From an uncultured Clostridia bacterium (GTDB lineage: Bacteria > Bacillota > Clostridia > Christensenellales > UBA1242), in contig CALWTI010000001.1 in assembly GCA_944384425.1 (NCBI GenBank), positions 9 through 64,008 of the forward strand: a stretch of 64,000 nucleotides of DNA, read 5' to 3'. A program made the translations under genes and the position numbers. Below, piece by piece: positions 62,493-64,000 of this stretch. A model generated the notes under the pieces. The model searched no databases, was not told the origin of the DNA, and saw only the letters and a program-made list of their open reading frames with translations. The stretch's first letter is position 1. Each line of letters starts with the position of its first letter.

Positions 62493-62521
62493 TTTACAAA
62501 ACACAGTAAAAATGTTATTAT
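62493..62521 (+). promoter_or_regulatory. Sigma-A-type promoter for acpP
   Basis: TTTACA, 17 nt, TGt-TATTAT (extended -10), then GGAGGA and the ATG at 62552. Confidence 0.55.
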
Positions 62522-62551
62522 ATGTTTGGCAAAAATTTAATGGAGGAAATT

Positions 62552-62785
62552 ATGACATTAGATAAAGTAAAATCTCTTATCGCTTCTCAACTTGGTATAA
62601 GCGAAGACAAAATAACAGAAGATTCAAGACTTATTGAAGACCTTGGTGCTGACTCACTTGACACAGTTGAAATGCTTATGACACTTGAAGAAGAATTTGG
62701 CATTGCAATACCAGACGAAGAAGCAATGACCTTGACAACAGTCAAATCAATTGTTGACCTTATTGACAAACATCAAAAAGCGTAA
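62552..62785 (+). CDS. acpP: Acyl carrier protein
   Basis: 77 aa with the phosphopantetheine site LGADSLDTVEMLM. The ATG at 62552 follows GGAGGA; the track start at 62522 is an upstream extension. Confidence 0.9.
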   Translation: MTLDKVKSLIASQLGISEDKITEDSRLIEDLGADSLDTVEMLMTLEEEFGIAIPDEEAMTLTTVKSIVDLIDKHQKA

Positions 62786-62796
62786 AAAAATTACAT

Positions 62797-62826
62797 AAAA
62801 AAACCCTTTTTAAAAGGGTTTTTTTA
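62797..62826. terminator. Bidirectional terminator between acpP and the M23 gene
   Basis: aaaaaaccctttt-t-aaaagggtttttt palindrome with flanking A and T runs. It overlaps the M23 stop codon. Confidence 0.65.
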
Positions 62827-63396
62827 TTTGTTTTCAAGAGTAAGATAGTTTGAAGGGTCAACTTTTTGTCCATCTTTATAGAGCTCAAAATGTAGATGAG
62901 CGCCACTTAATAGTTCATTTGCAGATGATTCACTCATTGTTCCAATGACTTCGCCAGCACTAACTTCATCTGAAATGGTTACAGGGGTTTCTTCGCTAAG
63001 TGAAGAATATTTGCTAACATATCCATCTGCGTGTGTTATTGTAACAACTGTTCCGTCTTCATATGTTGTTTGAACATCAGTAACGACACCGTCCAAAACG
63101 CTGTAAACATTTAAGTTGTCGCTCGTCATGTCAATTCCCTTGTGACTCTCCCATTGGTTTAAAGTGTCATTATAAAATAGCTCTGTGTCACTATACCACT
63201 TCAAAACTGTTGGCGACTGAACAGGCAAACTAAATACAACAGGTGTTGTTTGTGATGGCACTTCTTCCTCATAAGGCTCTACATTGCTAGAAAACACGAC
63301 TGCAAGCGTGATGCCAAGCACCAAAACAAAAGCCAGTGCGTAGTACCCATATTTTTTTAATAATGTTTTGACCCTACCCTTTTTGTTTATTTCCAT
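62824..63396 (-). CDS. Membrane-anchored M23/LytM-domain metallopeptidase, possible SpoIIQ equivalent
   Basis: N-terminal TM YYALAFVLVLGITLAVVF. LytM motifs HKGID (HxxxD) and AHLHFEL (HxH) are intact. The ATG at 63396 follows GGAGG. It lies near spoIIID. Confidence 0.7.
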   Translation of the reverse strand: MEINKKGRVKTLLKKYGYYALAFVLVLGITLAVVFSSNVEPYEEEVPSQTTPVVFSLPVQSPTVLKWYSDTELFYNDTLNQWESHKGIDMTSDNLNVYSVLDGVVTDVQTTYEDGTVVTITHADGYVSKYSSLSEETPVTISDEVSAGEVIGTMSESSANELLSGAHLHFELYKDGQKVDPSNYLTLENK

Positions 63397-63456
63397 TTTT
63401 ACCTCCGAACAAATTGTTGACATGTTTTTAATTTGTTATACATATAAATTTTAAAA

Positions 63457-63909
63457 TCAATAACTTCCAAGAAGAAGTGGCGTACCTATAAAAATTTTTT
63501 GACCGTCAAAGTAGCCTTGAACATTGACCTTTTTGTTGTAAGCCATAACCCCACCGTCAAAATAATTGGTATAACCCAAAAAATCTGTTTCGCCACTTTG
63601 GACAACTTTGACTTTAAGGTCAGATATGCAATCAAGATATGTTTGTTTGTCCCCAGTGAAAATAAAAGTAACTCCATTGACATCTCGAAGGCTTGATGAA
63701 AGCATTTTGTAATCAGCATATGTGCAAGATATAATTTGACCACTGCCGTTGGCTGTAACCATAACACTTCCACTGCCTGTGATTTGAGGCGTGCTTGTGA
63801 AAATTTGAACATTTAAATTATCATAGACAGAAAAATCAAATTCCTTTTTAAACAAACTTGCAGTGAATAAAAAAATACACAAAATAAAAAAGACAATAAA
63901 TTTTTTCAT
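63457..63909 (-). CDS. Hypothetical exported or membrane-anchored protein (150 aa)
   Basis: N-terminal hydrophobic signal MKKFIVFFILCIFLFTASLF. No motif recognised. Preferred over the overlapping alternative-frame ORF 63486-63812. Confidence 0.55.
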   Translation of the reverse strand: MKKFIVFFILCIFLFTASLFKKEFDFSVYDNLNVQIFTSTPQITGSGSVMVTANGSGQIISCTYADYKMLSSSLRDVNGVTFIFTGDKQTYLDCISDLKVKVVQSGETDFLGYTNYFDGGVMAYNKKVNVQGYFDGQKIFIGTPLLLGSY

Positions 63910-64000
63910 ATAAAAACTTATTGCCTTTATTTTTTTATTTTATACCACCTATTTACATGACATTACATATTCCAAGTCCGCCCATTAGAGAAACAACATA

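Noticed and set aside
63486-63812. 108-aa minus-strand ORF overlapping the 150-aa ORF 63457-63909 in another frame
   Set aside because: It is shorter and lacks a signal peptide or RBS. The 150-aa frame has a canonical N-terminal export signal and spans the whole interval.

Overview
AT-rich window that looks like a low-GC, endospore-forming Firmicute (Clostridia-like) chromosome. All calls come from reading the sequence and the ORF track by eye, with no database search. About 63% of the window (40,386 of 64,000 nt) is taken by three uninterrupted minus-strand ORFs. Giant A is 10673-22018 (3,781 aa) and has an N-terminal membrane anchor. Giant B is 32802-42215 (3,137 aa). Giant C is 42260-61885 (6,541 aa from the RBS-supported ATG). 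B and C lie 44 bp apart, both have lipoprotein-type signal peptides, and both share a Big_2-like Ig plus repeated GLUG-like beta-helix architecture. They appear to form one transcription unit of about 29 kb, running from a consensus sigma-A promoter to a single terminator. Divergent from giant A is an 884-aa membrane protein with an acidic disordered linker, a TM hairpin and a basic 3 x 40-aa tandem repeat. The giants are embedded in core genes: holB-ricT-yabB-like-rsmI, spmAB, tatD-rsmA, glmM, a GlmU acetyltransferase-domain-only gene, cls, acpP, spoIIID and an M23/SpoIIQ-like gene. The window also holds two tRNAs (Asn-GTT, Thr-GGT), a solo tyrosine integrase next to tRNA-Asn, and a spore-associated cluster (LysM, SpoVB-like, DUF421, DUF4363, amidase-domain). 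I saw no rRNA, CRISPR array, transposase or recognisable defence system. The main candidate for novelty is the giant surface-protein loci and their neighbour, whose functions are unknown.
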